From Carcharhinus amblyrhynchos (lineage: Eukaryota): a DNA stretch of 64,000 nt. The stretch spans positions 55,676,001 through 55,740,000 of the forward strand of contig OZ336871.1 in assembly GCA_965287045.1 (NCBI GenBank). The letters are read 5' to 3'. The notes beneath the pieces are model-generated. The model was not told where the DNA came from and made no database searches. It was given only the letters and a program-made list of their open reading frames with translations. Made by a program: the position numbers and the translations under genes. This document shows, in pieces, positions 61,761 through 64,000 of this stretch (position 1 is the stretch's first letter; every line of letters starts with the position of its first letter).

Positions 61761-62439
61761 CACAACCTGAAACATTAACTCTATTTCTCTCCATGGATGC
61801 ACTGACTTGCTGAGTTTTCATAATTTTTTTGTCTTTGTCTCAGATTTCCAGCATCTCCAGAATTTTGTTTTTGTACCTGTTCATCCCCTTGTGCATTGAA
61901 TCCGTGATAATAATAATTTTGCTAAGGGTAGTCCTCCGATACAACAATTGTATTAAAACAAAGAAAAGGCCACATCCTCAGCTTACAACAAATCAAGGCC
62001 AGTGCTCTACACCTACATAATTTGCAGTCCAGGCTGTGAGTGCAGGTTTGAAACTCCTGCAGCTTGTCTCTCGTTCAGCAAGCTCCAGCTCACTCAATAG
62101 GAAAACTCACATTCCATGTAGTTCATGGGGAAATCTATTAATGATGCCCCATGACCTTAGTGGCCATTATAGCACCTATGATCACTGCACTTTTTTTTCT
62201 ATACCTCCTGTGCAGTCATTTACTGTGTGGATGGGCCCATGATTGCATTCACCCAAGATACTGTCACCTTTTCTACTGAAAAATAATTTGAGTGTTGTAT
62301 CCTGGACGATTCCTGCCCTGTCAGCCTCTTTCTACCATTAAGTATTTTTCTCTTAAAATCTCTGTAGCTGCAGTGTGGTCATCTCTTGGGAAGTGTGATC
62401 TAGGAAACTTTCAGTCCACCATATGTACTGCAGTGATTA

Positions 62440-63035
62440 CAGACACTTGAAGAGGTAACAAAGAAATCAGATAAAGAAGGACCAGTGGATGTGATTCATT
62501 TAGATTTCCACAAGACCTTGGACAAGATGCTGCATACGAGACTGTTAAATAAGTTAAGTGCCCATGGTATTAAGAGTAAGCTGACTGGCAGAAGGCAGAA
62601 AGTGGGGATGAAGGGGTCTTTTTCAGGATGGCAGCCGGTGACTAGTGGTGTGCCTCAGGGGTCAGTGCTGGGACCACAACTTTTCACCATATATATGAAC
62701 GATTTGGAGGAAGGAACTGAAGGCACTGTTGCTAAATTTGCAGATGATACAAAGATATGTAGAGGGGCAGATAGAGGAAGCACAGGGGCTGCAGAAGGGC
62801 TTGGATAGGTTAGGACAGTGGGCAAATAAATGACAGATGGGATGCAATGTGGGAAAGTGTGAGGTTATGCACTTTGGATGGAGGAATGGAGGCACAGATT
62901 ATATTCTAAATAGGAAAATGCTTAAGAAATCAGAAACAGAAAGGAACTTGGGAGTCATTGTTCAAGGTTCTCTTAAGGTTAACATGCAGGTTCAGTCGGC
63001 AGTAGGGAATGCATATGAAACGTTAGCATTCATCC
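62440..63035 (+). mobile_element. Degraded CR1 RT fragment
   Basis: Peptide [36 protein letters not shown]. Confidence 0.9.
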
Positions 63036-63039
63036 AGAG

Positions 63040-63558
63040 ACAGCCACTGGGCCCATTGAGTCTGCTCCACCATTCAATTATGGCTGATATTTTTCTCATT
63101 CCCATTCTCCTGCCTTTTCCCCATAACCTCTGATCCCCTTATTAATCAAGAATCTATCTATCTATCTCTGCCTTAAAGACATTCAATGACCTGACCTCCA
63201 CAGCCTTTTGTGGCAAAGAATTTCAGAGATCCACCACTCTCTGGCTGAAGAAATTCCTCCTCATCTCTGTTTTAAAGGATCATCCCTTTAGGTTGTTCCC
63301 TCTGGTTCTAGTTTTACCTACTCATGGAAACATCCTCTCCATGTCCACTCTATCCTGGCCTCACAGTATCCTGTAAGTTTCAATATGATCCCCCCCTCAT
63401 CCTTCTAAACTTCAATGTGTACAGACCCAAAGTCCTCAACTGTCCCAGATACAACAAGCTCTTCATTCCAGGGAGCATTCTTGTGAACCTCCTCTGGACC
63501 CTTTCCAAGGCCAGCATATCCTTCCTTAGATACAGGGCCCAAAACTGCTCACAATACA
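63040..63558 (-). mobile_element. Degraded CR1 3' fragment
   Basis: Homologous to the 3' ends of the young CR1 copies, on the opposite strand to its neighbour. Confidence 0.85.
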
Positions 63559-64000
63559 CTTATGTGTACATATAAAGGGGTCAAACCCTTGTTTGACACC
63601 CCTACTACAAGATTAGTTGTTCTAAAGCAGTTTCTTGCATTCGCAAAGGCCTCTGGGAAATCAGATATTGCCTGCAACTTACAAGATAACTTTTGCATGG
63701 AGACCTAACTGAATAGGGAGCAGAAGAGTGCAAATACTCAACCCAATTTCACATTTGAAGATCATCGCTGCTCACACTCTCCTGTTGCTGCCTCACTCAA
63801 GTCCCCAATATCCAGAAACTTGCCAGCTCGGATCTCAAAAGCCTAGTCTGCTACCTGACCCCTGGTCAGCCGTTGTGATCCCTACCCTGATGCCTTTACC
63901 CATTCATTTGCCCTAATGCATCCGAACACCGGATCTCTTACTTGAGAGCAACTGCGATGTGAACAAAGGCCGGATGTTAACAAAGAACAACCCAGCACGG

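Noticed and set aside
61383-61821. Pro-rich and Gly-rich ORFs
   Set aside because: Translation artefacts of the C-rich tract.
62440-63558. Opposed CR1 fragments as a twin-priming product
   Set aside because: The 3' tail lies at the internal junction rather than the outer edge. Two insertions or a later inversion is more likely.

Overview
Eukaryotic, repeat-rich vertebrate DNA. The HE1-type V-SINEs, CR1, Rex1 and Penelope-like (PLE) repeat content points to a shark or other elasmobranch (inference). The only host gene is the 3' part of CHN2 (beta-chimaerin) on the + strand. It has six GT-AG coding exons (13887-13971, 32654-32827, 42044-42121, 48887-49024, 49872-49977, 57926-58097). They are phase-compatible, total 753 nt (250 aa plus stop) and encode most of the C1 domain and the whole RhoGAP domain. 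A ~1.5 kb repeat-free putative 3'UTR follows. Upstream exons were not found and are probably 5' of the window. The remaining ORF-track hits are transposon fragments or look like chance ORFs. The most notable structures are: (1) a 106-bp near-perfect inverted repeat with no recognisable TE origin, just downstream of the C1 exon, looping out a candidate poison exon; (2) a set of fold-back PLE insertions, mostly carrying minimal hammerhead ribozymes, including a very young 373-bp hairpin with a 12-bp TSD; (3) near-identical young CR1 copies in opposite orientation around three exons; (4) several local repair or rearrangement scars. I cannot claim a new biological system from sequence alone; the findings are testable hypotheses. 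Repeat boundaries were read by eye and are approximate unless a TSD or TIR is quoted.
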